This document shows, one piece after another, positions 1-11,115 of a stretch of DNA of 59,633 bases. The notes beneath the pieces are model-generated. The model made no database searches and had not been told where the DNA came from. It saw only the letters and a list, made by a program, of their open reading frames with translations. Numbering within the stretch: position 1 is the first letter of the stretch; each line of letters opens with the position of its first letter. Both the position numbers and the translations under genes were made by a program. This DNA is from a virus (taxonomy: Duplodnaviria > Caudoviricetes), in the IMG/VR virus record IMGVR_UViG_3300003969_000012, positions 1 through 59,633 of that record. One strand, given 5' to 3'.

Positions 1-3000
1 TCACTCCGTCACCGTCTCTTTCTTCCATCCCTTGATTTTGTCACCCAACGTTGGTTTCTGGGTTTCCTTCTCAAGGCCCTCCAACGCTTGGTTAAGCTGG
101 TCCATGATCTGGACTCTGGTGGCATCCAGTTCCTTCATGGTCTCCACGTCGCCTATGGTGGTTGCTGCGATCTTGTTCAGCTTTACCACAGAGGAATGCA
201 CCTTGTTGCCCAGCTGAATCAAGGCGATTTCCGGATGATCCGCCGTCAGCTTGGCCAGTGCCTCGGCATCTCCGGCTTTAGTCATCGTCCGCTTCGTCGT
301 CTCCAACTTGTCAAGCTTGGCGGCGTTGTCAAAGTAACGGCTGGTCTTCACCTGGTCACCGTTCACCTCACCGTAGAACCGTCCCAACACCGGTATGGCA
401 CTGGACTTTACGTCTTCGCCGCGGCTGGCGGCCGTGCTGGCGTTGATAGTTTTCTCTATCTCACGCAACACCCCACCGCCCACTGTTTGGGCAATGTAGC
501 GGAGGCGCTCGGGCGTTGGGCTTACCTTGCCGGCTTCGTAGTCAGTGCCACCGGTCAAGCTGTTGATGGCCTTGCTGATACCGATATAGGCTTGTCCAGT
601 GGTGCTGCGCTGAGTTGCTTCTTTCGCTCGAGCTGCGCCAGGGCGAGTGTCGGTCTCACCATTCATGGAAGCTCGCTCAATGCTGTTGCCAGCAAAGTTG
701 CGGTTGTAGCCGAGCTCAATCAATGGATCAACCAGCGTTGGCGCAATCGTCTTCAGTGCACCATCTGTGGTGAAGACGTTTCCGCCGCCCAATGGGTTGA
801 AGGCACCGGCCAATTCTCCAACAGCCTCAAAGGTGCGCTTACCCAGATTCTTTCCGCCATTCAGCGCAAGCTCTGAAATCACGCGGCCGGTGTTGGGGAT
901 CACGTGCAAGCCCAGTGGATATGGCACCAGAACATGGGTCTTCTCCCCTTCTCCAGTCCAATTCATGGGAATGACAAGCGCCCTGGTCTTCACAAATTCA
1001 GGCACCTCGTCGTCGTCATACCCGGCCGCCAGCAGCATCAATGCCTGCAGTGCGCCCAATCCGAGGCCACCGGCAATGATCTTGGCGCCACTTGGCCCCT
1101 TGAGCGTTTGGATGGTGCGCGCGCTACCCTGCACACTGGCATTGAAGAAGGCATACAGGGGTCCGACTTCGCGTCCTGCCCTGCCCTTTCGGTTGAAGTC
1201 CACTGTCAGCTCACGGCCTAAGCGGGCTGCTTCGGCGCGGCTGATACCGTTGTCCAGAGCTGCCGCATAGGCACTCACTCGAACGGCATTCTCCAACGTG
1301 GTGTTGAAACCATCCAGCAAGTCGAGCATGGCATGAGCAGCGCGGCCAGGGTGCAGGGTACCGGCTCGCTTCAATCCAACAAGCTCTCGCTCAATGGCTT
1401 TTGCTCGATCACCGGCGTCACGGAAGTTCTCTTTGTAGCCCGTCTGTCCGCCGTCCTCTTGGAACTGTCGGTAAAGCGTTTGCCACTTTCCGGAATTTCC
1501 GCCTCGCGCGAGTTCGCGTGCTATGCCGTAAATTGCCACTGGCGTATTGGCCAGCACCTTCAGGGAATTGCCACGCAGCTGAGTACTGCCCAGATTGACT
1601 ACGGCGCCCAGCGTGTCGCGAGTCAAGTTCACTAGACCGAAAGCCGGGTTGTACTGTGTGTTCACACTGGCCAGCCACCGTGTGGATTTCCCAATGATGG
1701 TGTTGGCCAAGTCCAACTTGGTCAGTCCATCTAGGTTCTTCAGGTTCTCAGCCAGTCGAGCGCCACGTTCGTTCTCTACGTTGATCATCAACACGCGGTC
1801 TTCGCCATTGACCTTGAGCGGAATCGCTCCGGGCAGGCTCTTGTACAGCGGGTTTGGACGGTCCACCTTCTTGCCGGTGGCTTCGTCCACGGTAGTAATC
1901 GTGGGCACGGTCTCCATACCGACAGCTGCAGTCATGGGGTCGACGCCCATAGCCTGCAACTCTTTGCCGATTTGAGCTGCCGTCATGCTGGGCTTGATAG
2001 TCGTCCAGAATTCCGGGTTCGGATGTGACAACGCTTGACCATAGAGCGACAGGGCCACTCGGTTCTTTTCAGCCCGGGTGATAGCGGCTTCACGCTGCAT
2101 AAGCACGTGCGCCAGGATGTTTGTCACTTCCTTGGTGGAACCAGTAGCGCGTTTGCTGGCGCTGCCCTTGACTGTGAACCCGCTTCCCTGCGGGTGGGGA
2201 GCTCCGCTCTGCGCTTCATCGCGGAACATGGGCACGTAGTTTTTGTAGGTCTTCATCCAGGCGTCGATGGTTTCCTGCTTTTCCAAACCTTCATCCACAA
2301 GCAGCTTACGTGTACCAGCCGTGATGGCATCCACCTTGGCGGCCAATACGTCCAGCAGCTGCTTCCTGTCAGCGGGGATATTGGCAAGATAGTCGCGAGC
2401 CGCTTGATTCGTCATCAAAACGCCCTTGCTGTTCTTGCCGGCGCCACCGTCTGGCAAGGCATCGTTCACCTTGGCGACTTGGGCATTTCGTTCTTCGGCA
2501 CCGCGAGCATGCAGATAGTCTGCCAGCTCATCCATGGGAACCTTGTAGACAGCCAAAGCCTTGAGCAGTGGTTTTACTTCTGCATCGAGGAAGCTCTGGC
2601 TCCGGTGAGCCACACGGCCGGGATAAAGCGTTTCAGCCAGACGGGCATCCCACTTCTCTTCAATCTGCTGGCCAGATTCTTCGATGGCCTGCTGCACACG
2701 TTTCAAGTCAATACGACCGTCTTGCAGCTCGTAGATGATCTTGTCGGTGCGGGTGGGGTCTGGTGTGTTCCAGACGGTGACAGTGGCGCGTCCCGGCGCT
2801 ACGCCTCTGGCAAAGGCTGGCGACTGTCCAGAATTTGATTGATCTTCGCCAGATCGCGCTGCGTTTCCTCGCGCAACGATTTCAGCTCGGACGGTGTCAG
2901 CAGGTTTGAAGTTTGTGAGGTAGCGGACCTCAGATTGCGTGAGCGCATCGAATCCATAGCCGGTTGAGGCTTGGAAGTCGTTTTCGATGTCGCCAAATTT

Positions 3001-6000
3001 GTCACGGAGTAGCTTCAGAGATTCTGTGGAGGGCTTGAGTGTCGCGCTGTACTGTTTGCCTGTCAAGGCGACTGCCCCCACAACGCTCCCACCGTTATCC
3101 CTGATATGGGACTCTAGTGCAGCAAAGGTAGCGCCTTGAGTCAAGGTGTCATCCACCAGCAGATATGACTCTCCAGCTGCAACCTCTCCATCAAAAACTG
3201 GTGGAGTGAATAGCCGATCCAAACCATCCAATGCAGTGCGCTTTGGGCTGTTGCTCTGGGAGACACGTGTTTCCACTTTAAGTCCCAGCTTCTTGGCCAA
3301 TATGGCGGCAGCGGCGAGAGGTATCTTGTTATGGCCAGTGGCTTCGACGGATACGACTGGAACGACAACAGGCGTAGTTCTTCCAATGGCACGCTTAACT
3401 TTCGCAATTAAGTCAGGCGTCATCAAAGAACCTGCAACCCGCAGTGCAGCATCAACATCGCCAGATTTCGCAGCGGCATAGTCTGGGTGCTGGCTAGCGG
3501 CGCCCAATGCGTTCCCAATGATGGCTTCTTGTGTCTCCAATGGTGTATTGGAGCGCGCGGCAGCAACTAACACTTCACCGCCACCGTTCAAGCGCTGCCC
3601 TGCTTCCAATCCTTGAAGTGATGACACCAACATGCCTTGAAGTTCGGCATTGGTGAACTTAATGTCAAAGCCCAGACCGCGGAGGAATTCCGCAAGCTTG
3701 GCCCATACCTGCTTGAAGAAGCCAAAGCCTGGCTTGAAGTTTCCGTCAGCATCCAAGGCCTCTTCCACAGCGAATGCTGCGATTTCATTGGCTTCCTCGG
3801 CTGGACTCAGATTGAACTTCCCGGCATCGTCCACGTACAGCTGGCGTACACGGGCGGCAATGGCGTTGAGCGGCTTGTTTCCAGACTTCAAGGCCAACTG
3901 CAGGTTCTGTTCGAACTGGCGTCGGCCGTCTTTGCCCAGCGCTTTCCATAGTCCATAGTGGCCGATAGCTTCATGGGCCAAAGTCTTTGCAATGCCGGCT
4001 CGGTCCACGTGATTTGTTGCCACCACGTAGGCAGTGTCTTTGTGGATCAATCCACGTGCATCATTGGGAGCGTCAATTGGCAGCTCATCGGGGAACTGCA
4101 CCACCTTGATTTTTGGACCGTTGACCCACTTGGCAGCGAGTTCGTCCACGGCCGCCTGCACTGCTGAGACAGGCATGAACTTACGGGGTGTGATACCCAG
4201 GCTGAAGGCTTCAGCCCCAAGGGCGAACAAAGCTGTGCCCTTATCGGTTTCCTTGGTCTGAATCGTGTTGAAGAACCTGTCGAACGCTTGCCCAATTGCT
4301 GCGATTTCCGATTGCGTCGGGTACGGATAGCTTTCTGCACCTTCATGGCCTAAAAGTGCGTCTTGAGCTTTCCAATAATCTTCACCTACTACGTTGGCTA
4401 GGTAGTCGTTTGAGGCGTTCTGGTCGTGGAGCTTGTTGATGATGTAGCTCTCAAACGCCCGGGCTGCCATTTCTTCGTTGGTTGCCCAGTAAGGCGATGA
4501 ACGGCGCTTATCCAGTTCGATGGAGCGCTTGCGCATACCAGATGCACGAATGGTAGCCATCAAGTTCTTGAAGGCGTCCACCATCTCAGGGCGGATATTC
4601 GCGTTGCGCTCGCCATCAGTCACATAACCCTTACCGCCGCCGTCCATCTTGGCGAAGTAGTTGTCCAGGGCGTGGAACCATTCGTGCGCAAGTGCGCCAG
4701 CACCGTTGTTCTTGGTCAGGTTGATGACCACCTGATTTGGCTCGTAGTGCGCAGCGGCCGGATTCTTGCCGCCTTTGCCACGTGCACCAAACGCCAAGCC
4801 AAGCTGACCATTCAGGGAGATTGCCCGAGTTGGAATGTTCAGGATGGCGGCCAGATCGGACAGGCTGTCATAGGCGTTGTTCAAGTCCAACTGCCGGCGA
4901 GTGCCTTCCACGTAGTTGCCAAACTGCACACCGCGAAAACCGAATGCGTCGGTGAATACCTCCGGGGTCACGCTGGCACCGTTGCGATGATCATCCCCAA
5001 TACGGGGTTGGTTCTCTGCACTGCGCTCGAACGGGGCAGATCGGTAACGCTCCAGCTTAGATTCCAGTTCGGCTTGGTTTTCCGCGCGGTACTGGCGTGC
5101 GTCGGCCACTGTGTCGAATGGCTTGGCAAGTTCTACGTAGTCGCGGCCAATCTTCTTACCAACATGGTACTTCCCGCCAGAGCTCCAGATGATGAAGTCT
5201 GTGCCCTTCTTCGGGGCGCTGCTCATGGATTCGTATTTGGCCTTGAACGCCTTCAGCGCTTCAGCCTCAGTGTCAGCGCTCACCGTGTCTTTTGAAAACG
5301 GATGGTTGCGTTCACCAATGGTCCACTTCACCTTCGGCTTGTCATATTGCACACCGTTGTAGATGGTGTATTCGCCGCGGCTGATCTCGACTCCTTTGAG
5401 GGACTTTGCATGACCAACAAGCTGATACAGCTGTATACCGCTGGACATCTCTCGGTACAGGCGTGAAAAGTCTGGACTCATCAGGCGCGTCCGAGCGGCG
5501 TCTTCAGTGATTTCACCAGACAGTAACCTGCTGGCGACATCCCGCATAAGTTTTACCTGCGATACGTACTGTTTGAGCTTCCAAGATTGCTTGGGTTTCG
5601 TAGGGATGGCATCACGAGCTGTATGTACAAATGCGACTACCCAAGGGGATGTACCAGCATCAAGCAATTTTTGATAGTCCGGCTCTGGCCAAGTCTTGGA
5701 CAAAGGTTCGGCAGCAACATCCAGAGATTGAGCGTCCTGTAGCCTCTCGGAGTAATCCTTGCGAGCGCCAGCAATTTTTTCACCAAAGTCTTCAATCTTT
5801 GTAGGCTCACGCTTGCCCACGGGATCAGCGGTGAATATGTCCTTTTGTCCAGTCAAGTTGGCCATGGCGTCACCGCCCAGCTCAAACGTGTCGGCCGCGG
5901 CTTCGCTGGCCTTGGCAATGCGCTTGCGGTCTTCGTCCTCTGCAGCTTGCTTTTCGGCGGCGCGGTCAGCTGCCGCTTTGTTCTTGGCGGCTTTGTCGGC

Positions 6001-9000
6001 GCGCTCCTGCTGTGCCAGTACGTCGTCCTTTGTGGGGGCGGTCAGTTCTGCGGGTTGCAGGATGGCCATGGCCTTGTCAGCTTGGGTCCGCCCTACCAGA
6101 ATCCCACCACGCATAGGCGACAGGCTGGCGGCAGGAATTCCATTCAGAGCTTTACGAATGGCGGCAGCGTCACCTTTGACAGCCAAGGTGCCGTCAGCGC
6201 GCTTGGCAATGTCAAAGCCAGAAACAGAAACTCCCGCGGGTGCGGGGTTCCGTGGTGTGTCTACTTCTTCAGGTTCTGGCGGCGCTTCTTCTCGGCTTCC
6301 AGAATCTGCTTGCGCTTGGCTGGTGGTACCTTCATCAAGGCCACCACGGCTTGCCCCACCGTCTTGCGGCTCTCCGGACTGGTTGGTAATGGCATCTTGA
6401 ATCTCCTGTTCAGTGAATCCGAGCGCACGCATCGCGCTCTCGATGTCTGTGTTGCTGGAAGCATCCCACGGGATATCGGCATCAAGCAACGCGTCTAACT
6501 GATTGTCGCTGAGCGCTTCAATCTCTGCAACGGCCTCGTCTTCGTCCAATTGCGCGGCATCAAAGCGCTCCATGCTGTCCAGCTCGGCCAGGCGCTCATA
6601 GCCCTCGGCGTTGTACTGAGGCTTGGTCAAGCTGCGCTTGATCAGGTCGCGGGCGTTGTCGTGGCTGGCACCCTCAGACAAATAGCCTTCTTCCACCAGT
6701 TTCTCCGTGGCTTGCTCGATGGACAAACCTTTGCCTTCTCCAGCGAACAGCTTTCGGTTACCTATCTGCACGTTGCCCTGCATACCCATGTCAGCGCGCG
6801 TGCTGGGTGACAGGCCACCGGCAGATGCAATCATGGCGTGAGCAGGGATAGGCTCACCCGGTGCACTGGTCTGAGGGTTACGCAGGCGCTTCGCTGCCTT
6901 TTCTTGGGCGGCCAGCTGTGCCGCGGTCTTCTCCGTCAGGGCATAGCCGCCGTCGGCACGTACGACGCGCATCATGGGGTTCAACTTGCGGGCGTCATCT
7001 GCTGCCTTGCGAGTCTTGAAGGCTTTACCACCCTCTGTCAGTGGCGTGTTGTCACGTCCGAGGTAGACCGGGCTAGCATTCGCTGCAGCATCACTACCCG
7101 CTGGGGGCTGCACTTCAGCTGCTGGACCAACTTGCGTTGCTCCCTTGTCAGCCTTGGGGAGCGTTCCGACGGGTTGCGTTTTGATTCCATCTTTCACCCA
7201 CTTCTTGAAGTCCGTCATGGACATTTCGGTGATGGCGCCGCGGCCAGTCCAGCCTTCGTGATAGTTGTCGTGGTACAGCTTGTCGGCCTGTTGCAGGTTG
7301 TCAGCGCCCAGCATTACCTTGTGTTCGTCAAAGGTGCCGTCTTTGTTCACCTGGTCGACCACAAACACTTTGTCGCTGGCAGGGTTTGGCCCAATGAAGG
7401 TATCCACGTGGTCGCCGTCGTTGCCTTCAGTGCCTCTGATGTAGCCGTAGTGCGCTGCCAGGGTGTTCTCCCACTTGGAGCCATCTGGGCTGGTGCCCTT
7501 GCGCACTGAGCCTTGCGGGTTCTCAATGCTGATGTTTAAGCCCTGCAATGTGATGCGACCCACCTTGTAGTTTCCGGCTTCCTTCTGGGCCTGTGTGGGC
7601 TCTGGCAAATCATTCAATGGACTTGTTGCAGCCTGATTGGCTGCGATCTTCAGTGCTTCGGCAGCCTTGGCCCGATCAAAAGCGACCTTCATAGCACTGG
7701 GCGCATCCACCTCTTGTGCGCTTGAGAGTGCGACAGCCTGATCAACCTTTTCATCGCGTGCCGCCTCCAGGATGGCTTTCTCCTGTTTTTCGCGCTCGCT
7801 TGGGTTGGTTTCCAGTCCTGCATACATCGACTCGACTTCCCGCCGCTTGACTTCGGCTGAGGCAGCTTGACGATTTGCCTCACTTGCCGATTCCATTTTG
7901 GCTAGGCGCAAGAGCTGACCCGTCTGCATATCGGGGCGGTACCGTGAAGTACGTGTCTCTACCCCAGTGGCTTGTACGGTGGTGCCTCCGGTTCCGGGAA
8001 TTCCACCGGTGCCGGCTGCATCGCTTCCCATTGCTGCTGGCGCTTCAACTGGCGCGGTTTCAACTTGGGCTGCTGGGTCGGCTTCTTGTTGGTTTGCATT
8101 TGCTATTGAATCCGTAGCTGGTTGCGCAGTGTTACCGGGGGCCAATGAAGGGTTTTGGCTTTTCTCCAAGGCCTGAACGGCATCCATCACCGGCTTTACT
8201 GGCTGATAGGCGACGCCAATGGCGGCATCCATTGCCTCGTCACGCGCGGTCTCCAAATTGGTGCCAATGGAAGTCAATGTCTCGGAAGGTTGAATCAAGC
8301 CACGCTTTGCCAGACCCTCAGTGAACTTCTGGAAGAAGCCCGGAACCTTATCCAAAGGCATGTCTTTGGCCGCCGTCATGGCAGCCTGTAAGGCTTTCTC
8401 CGGAACGCCGGTTTGCTGGGCTAGTCCTTGAAACGTCACGCTGACGGCAGAACGGGCAGCAGCTTCAGCAGGCTTCACCCCGGCGGAGCGCAAGGTGCGG
8501 TACTGCTGTGCAAAACCCTCGTTACCCGGCATGGCGTTCAGCTCAGCATCGACATCCTCCGCTGCGCTGGCAATTTCATGTTTCTGCTGGAGCAAGTCAG
8601 CCGCAGCGGTCTCACCTGCATCGCGCAACGTCTTGATGCGTGCTTCACGTGCTGCACGCGCTGCGCCTGCCGCCTCGACACCGCCGCCCATGACAGCACC
8701 CAGCGTGCCAGCTACCGCCATCCGCTTGCCGGCCGTATTGGAATCGAACTGCTCGCCCTTGCCGATAGTCTCACCGGCGTACTGGCCAGCCTCTTCAATT
8801 ACCTCTTGGCCGCCCTCTTTGAGCATGGCTTTGGGGATCTCCTTGGCGGCACCTCGGGCGGTACCGGCCAGCATGCTTGCAGCGCTGGCCTCGGCGGCGC
8901 CACCCGTCAACCGGTTTGCCACGTAGCTGAACGGAGCGCTGACAGCTGCTCCCGTATAGGCGGCATCGAGCTCGCCTCCAGAGTCGCGGATATCGCTGAA

Positions 9001-9873
9001 GGTGCCGGCTGCGTTCTGGGCTACGGTGGTACCGGCCACAGCACCTTGGCGAGCACTGTTGGCACGGGCAAGCACGGTGCCTTCGTCAATGGCGCGGGCC
9101 AGTTGCGCGGCGCGGCCCGTGGTGGCCAGCTTCCCGGCGGCACCGGCTGCACCAACCGGTAGTGCCATGCTGCCGACGGTGGGCAATACCTGGTCGGCCA
9201 TAGCACCAGGGTTTCCAAAGATCACGTCGGCGGCATTGAGCGCCGGATCCTGCATGTCTTGGGAAAACTTCTTTCGTTGCAGTGCGCCACGCTCAGACCC
9301 CACGGTGTCCTGGATGGCTTCATTGCCACGGTCCATGGCGTCGGTCAGGCCCTTGCCAATGCGGTCACCAGTGGCCAGCCGTGCGAGCTCGCCGATGCCC
9401 TTCACCGCCGTGGGTCCGATTTGCAGCACACCAGAGGCGACGTCTCGCGCCACGCTGCTTGGTGTTGCGTCGGGAATATCGGCGTCAGTCAGGCGGCCCG
9501 GTGCACGTGTGCGGCGATCGTCCACCGCGCGGCCGTCAACCACTTGTGCTTCTTGGGTGCCCAGCGGCATTCCAGAGGCTGGGTCGTAGATCGTCTCTTG
9601 CGCTGGTGCTGCAGGTTGTGACTTGGGTTGGACAGCGTCCGGGCGCTGCGGGATCGCAATACCACGACCAGCTCCAGCAGTGGATGGCGCCACACCCGCG
9701 GGTAAGCTGCCAGTATCCGTGCTGAACTGGTTCCATGCTTCTTCGACTTGGCCTTCTGGAACGCGCGGTGCCACCACTTGGTCAAAGTACTGCCGACGAG
9801 CGCCGTCCTGCTGGTCAGGGCTAAGGCTCTTGAATGCGTCAGACGCTGCTACTTCAGTCCACTTTTTTGCCAT
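1..9873 (-). CDS. Giant polyvalent virion/DNA-ejection protein (InPase-like, LPD5-like, LPD1-like HExxH, second zincin-like motif, PRTase-like, LPD38-like C-terminus)
   Basis: 3290 aa, last gene of the late operon; motifs NYKVG..SIENPQGS.R..HYGYI..DGDHVD..FDEHKVMLG, KIEDFGEKIAGARKD, FGFRGVQFGNY..LAHEWFHALD..EMAARAFE, LAHEAIGHYGL, LLVDDTLTQGAT, TVDFNRKG..LYAFFNASVQG. Confidence 0.8.
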   Translation of the reverse strand: MAKKWTEVAASDAFKSLSPDQQDGARRQYFDQVVAPRVPEGQVEEAWNQFSTDTGSLPAGVAPSTAGAGRGIAIPQRPDAVQPKSQPAAPAQETIYDPASGMPLGTQEAQVVDGRAVDDRRTRAPGRLTDADIPDATPSSVARDVASGVLQIGPTAVKGIGELARLATGDRIGKGLTDAMDRGNEAIQDTVGSERGALQRKKFSQDMQDPALNAADVIFGNPGAMADQVLPTVGSMALPVGAAGAAGKLATTGRAAQLARAIDEGTVLARANSARQGAVAGTTVAQNAAGTFSDIRDSGGELDAAYTGAAVSAPFSYVANRLTGGAAEASAASMLAGTARGAAKEIPKAMLKEGGQEVIEEAGQYAGETIGKGEQFDSNTAGKRMAVAGTLGAVMGGGVEAAGAARAAREARIKTLRDAGETAAADLLQQKHEIASAAEDVDAELNAMPGNEGFAQQYRTLRSAGVKPAEAAARSAVSVTFQGLAQQTGVPEKALQAAMTAAKDMPLDKVPGFFQKFTEGLAKRGLIQPSETLTSIGTNLETARDEAMDAAIGVAYQPVKPVMDAVQALEKSQNPSLAPGNTAQPATDSIANANQQEADPAAQVETAPVEAPAAMGSDAAGTGGIPGTGGTTVQATGVETRTSRYRPDMQTGQLLRLAKMESASEANRQAASAEVKRREVESMYAGLETNPSEREKQEKAILEAARDEKVDQAVALSSAQEVDAPSAMKVAFDRAKAAEALKIAANQAATSPLNDLPEPTQAQKEAGNYKVGRITLQGLNISIENPQGSVRKGTSPDGSKWENTLAAHYGYIRGTEGNDGDHVDTFIGPNPASDKVFVVDQVNKDGTFDEHKVMLGADNLQQADKLYHDNYHEGWTGRGAITEMSMTDFKKWVKDGIKTQPVGTLPKADKGATQVGPAAEVQPPAGSDAAANASPVYLGRDNTPLTEGGKAFKTRKAADDARKLNPMMRVVRADGGYALTEKTAAQLAAQEKAAKRLRNPQTSAPGEPIPAHAMIASAGGLSPSTRADMGMQGNVQIGNRKLFAGEGKGLSIEQATEKLVEEGYLSEGASHDNARDLIKRSLTKPQYNAEGYERLAELDSMERFDAAQLDEDEAVAEIEALSDNQLDALLDADIPWDASSNTDIESAMRALGFTEQEIQDAITNQSGEPQDGGASRGGLDEGTTSQAQADSGSREEAPPEPEEVDTPRNPAPAGVSVSGFDIAKRADGTLAVKGDAAAIRKALNGIPAASLSPMRGGILVGRTQADKAMAILQPAELTAPTKDDVLAQQERADKAAKNKAAADRAAEKQAAEDEDRKRIAKASEAAADTFELGGDAMANLTGQKDIFTADPVGKREPTKIEDFGEKIAGARKDYSERLQDAQSLDVAAEPLSKTWPEPDYQKLLDAGTSPWVVAFVHTARDAIPTKPKQSWKLKQYVSQVKLMRDVASRLLSGEITEDAARTRLMSPDFSRLYREMSSGIQLYQLVGHAKSLKGVEISRGEYTIYNGVQYDKPKVKWTIGERNHPFSKDTVSADTEAEALKAFKAKYESMSSAPKKGTDFIIWSSGGKYHVGKKIGRDYVELAKPFDTVADARQYRAENQAELESKLERYRSAPFERSAENQPRIGDDHRNGASVTPEVFTDAFGFRGVQFGNYVEGTRRQLDLNNAYDSLSDLAAILNIPTRAISLNGQLGLAFGARGKGGKNPAAAHYEPNQVVINLTKNNGAGALAHEWFHALDNYFAKMDGGGKGYVTDGERNANIRPEMVDAFKNLMATIRASGMRKRSIELDKRRSSPYWATNEEMAARAFESYIINKLHDQNASNDYLANVVGEDYWKAQDALLGHEGAESYPYPTQSEIAAIGQAFDRFFNTIQTKETDKGTALFALGAEAFSLGITPRKFMPVSAVQAAVDELAAKWVNGPKIKVVQFPDELPIDAPNDARGLIHKDTAYVVATNHVDRAGIAKTLAHEAIGHYGLWKALGKDGRRQFEQNLQLALKSGNKPLNAIAARVRQLYVDDAGKFNLSPAEEANEIAAFAVEEALDADGNFKPGFGFFKQVWAKLAEFLRGLGFDIKFTNAELQGMLVSSLQGLEAGQRLNGGGEVLVAAARSNTPLETQEAIIGNALGAASQHPDYAAAKSGDVDAALRVAGSLMTPDLIAKVKRAIGRTTPVVVPVVSVEATGHNKIPLAAAAILAKKLGLKVETRVSQSNSPKRTALDGLDRLFTPPVFDGEVAAGESYLLVDDTLTQGATFAALESHIRDNGGSVVGAVALTGKQYSATLKPSTESLKLLRDKFGDIENDFQASTGYGFDALTQSEVRYLTNFKPADTVRAEIVARGNAARSGEDQSNSGQSPAFARGVAPGRATVTVWNTPDPTRTDKIIYELQDGRIDLKRVQQAIEESGQQIEEKWDARLAETLYPGRVAHRSQSFLDAEVKPLLKALAVYKVPMDELADYLHARGAEERNAQVAKVNDALPDGGAGKNSKGVLMTNQAARDYLANIPADRKQLLDVLAAKVDAITAGTRKLLVDEGLEKQETIDAWMKTYKNYVPMFRDEAQSGAPHPQGSGFTVKGSASKRATGSTKEVTNILAHVLMQREAAITRAEKNRVALSLYGQALSHPNPEFWTTIKPSMTAAQIGKELQAMGVDPMTAAVGMETVPTITTVDEATGKKVDRPNPLYKSLPGAIPLKVNGEDRVLMINVENERGARLAENLKNLDGLTKLDLANTIIGKSTRWLASVNTQYNPAFGLVNLTRDTLGAVVNLGSTQLRGNSLKVLANTPVAIYGIARELARGGNSGKWQTLYRQFQEDGGQTGYKENFRDAGDRAKAIERELVGLKRAGTLHPGRAAHAMLDLLDGFNTTLENAVRVSAYAAALDNGISRAEAARLGRELTVDFNRKGRAGREVGPLYAFFNASVQGSARTIQTLKGPSGAKIIAGGLGLGALQALMLLAAGYDDDEVPEFVKTRALVIPMNWTGEGEKTHVLVPYPLGLHVIPNTGRVISELALNGGKNLGKRTFEAVGELAGAFNPLGGGNVFTTDGALKTIAPTLVDPLIELGYNRNFAGNSIERASMNGETDTRPGAARAKEATQRSTTGQAYIGISKAINSLTGGTDYEAGKVSPTPERLRYIAQTVGGGVLREIEKTINASTAASRGEDVKSSAIPVLGRFYGEVNGDQVKTSRYFDNAAKLDKLETTKRTMTKAGDAEALAKLTADHPEIALIQLGNKVHSSVVKLNKIAATTIGDVETMKELDATRVQIMDQLNQALEGLEKETQKPTLGDKIKGWKKETVTE

Positions 9874-9876
9874 GTT

Positions 9877-11094
9877 TTACTTCCAGAGGTTGGAGTAGTC
9901 ACCGTTGCCGGATGCTTTTGGTTTTGGGGTTGTGGGAGTCGGCTTGTTATCTGCCAAGCTAGGCTTGCCGCCTGTTGTCGTGGAGCCAGCGAGCAGGCCT
10001 TGGTAAAGCGTGCGTTCTTCGCCGTACGACTTGATGGATTCCTGCAAGTCATTGAGCTGCGCCGCTTCGGGCGTACCGGCCTTGCGGGCATTCATCATGA
10101 AAAGCGGGTCCTTTTGCAGGGAGCCCAGTGAGCGCTGAGCTTCCCCAAGCCGGCGACCGGCATCACTGAAAAGGCTGGTGTAACGCAGCCGCTCTTCACG
10201 ACCCACGGTCCCGCCGCTCTGGGCAATTCGCAAGGCTCGTGCCTCGGCTACCTGACCCGTAAGCTCAAGCTGCTTGATCTTCGTGTCCAACATTGCGCTC
10301 TGAAATGCCGCTTTGTTGTCGCTATCTGTACCTTTGCGCTGAAACTCAAGTGCCTTTTCATAGGGCATCATCTGCATGCTTAGGTCGTGGCTGTTGTAAG
10401 ACTTCTCCTGAACCTGCCCGTCTGGTCCCACGATACGCAGCTTTGCGCTGTAGGTTGGAATCTTGCCAATGCCAGGCACTTCCCGATCCTCTCTGGTAAT
10501 GACCGGCTCCCCGTCCAACTTGTATTCACCACTAGCGTTGAAAGCCTTTACCAGTCCAGTGGCGTCGCCAGCTCGGAAAGCTCTTACGGCATTGAAAACA
10601 CCCTCTTGTTGCAGCTTTGATGCACGGTCTTTCTGCTCTTGGGTGTACTGCTCATCAGCCCGCTTGCGATCCACCGCGCTGTTCTCCAGCGTAATCGCTT
10701 TGTCCACTGCACCCTTCGAACGGTACACATTGGCGATGCGAGCAGTCTGTGCCGCAGGGCTGTCCCACTCCTTTGCAGCCTTGTCGGCTTCTTCCCTTGT
10801 GGCGACAGTGCGGCCATCAGCGAGAGTGAATGAGGTTTTTCGCGGTGCCGCTGGATTTGTTGGATCAATGTCGGTGACCTCTGTCACCTTCAATGGACTC
10901 GCGGCATTGGCCAGAGATATGCGCAGGTCTTTGGCTTGGTTGACCTCATCCATTTGGGCATCGAACGCCTGCTTTCGCATGGCACGGTCCTGCTCACGCT
11001 CTTGACGAGCCAGTTCGTCATCTTTGATTCTCTTTTGTCCCTGAACAAAGCCACCAGCCAAAGTAATGGCAGCAGCCAAATCGCGTCCGTTCAT
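9877..11094 (-). CDS. Putative internal virion/ejection protein
   Basis: 405 aa, helical and charged, N-terminal LAGGFVQG; RBS AGGAG; directly upstream of the giant ejection gene. Confidence 0.55.
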   Translation of the reverse strand: MNGRDLAAAITLAGGFVQGQKRIKDDELARQEREQDRAMRKQAFDAQMDEVNQAKDLRISLANAASPLKVTEVTDIDPTNPAAPRKTSFTLADGRTVATREEADKAAKEWDSPAAQTARIANVYRSKGAVDKAITLENSAVDRKRADEQYTQEQKDRASKLQQEGVFNAVRAFRAGDATGLVKAFNASGEYKLDGEPVITREDREVPGIGKIPTYSAKLRIVGPDGQVQEKSYNSHDLSMQMMPYEKALEFQRKGTDSDNKAAFQSAMLDTKIKQLELTGQVAEARALRIAQSGGTVGREERLRYTSLFSDAGRRLGEAQRSLGSLQKDPLFMMNARKAGTPEAAQLNDLQESIKSYGEERTLYQGLLAGSTTTGGKPSLADNKPTPTTPKPKASGNGDYSNLWK

Positions 11095-11115
11095 GAATAG
11101 CTCCTGGTGACTTGT

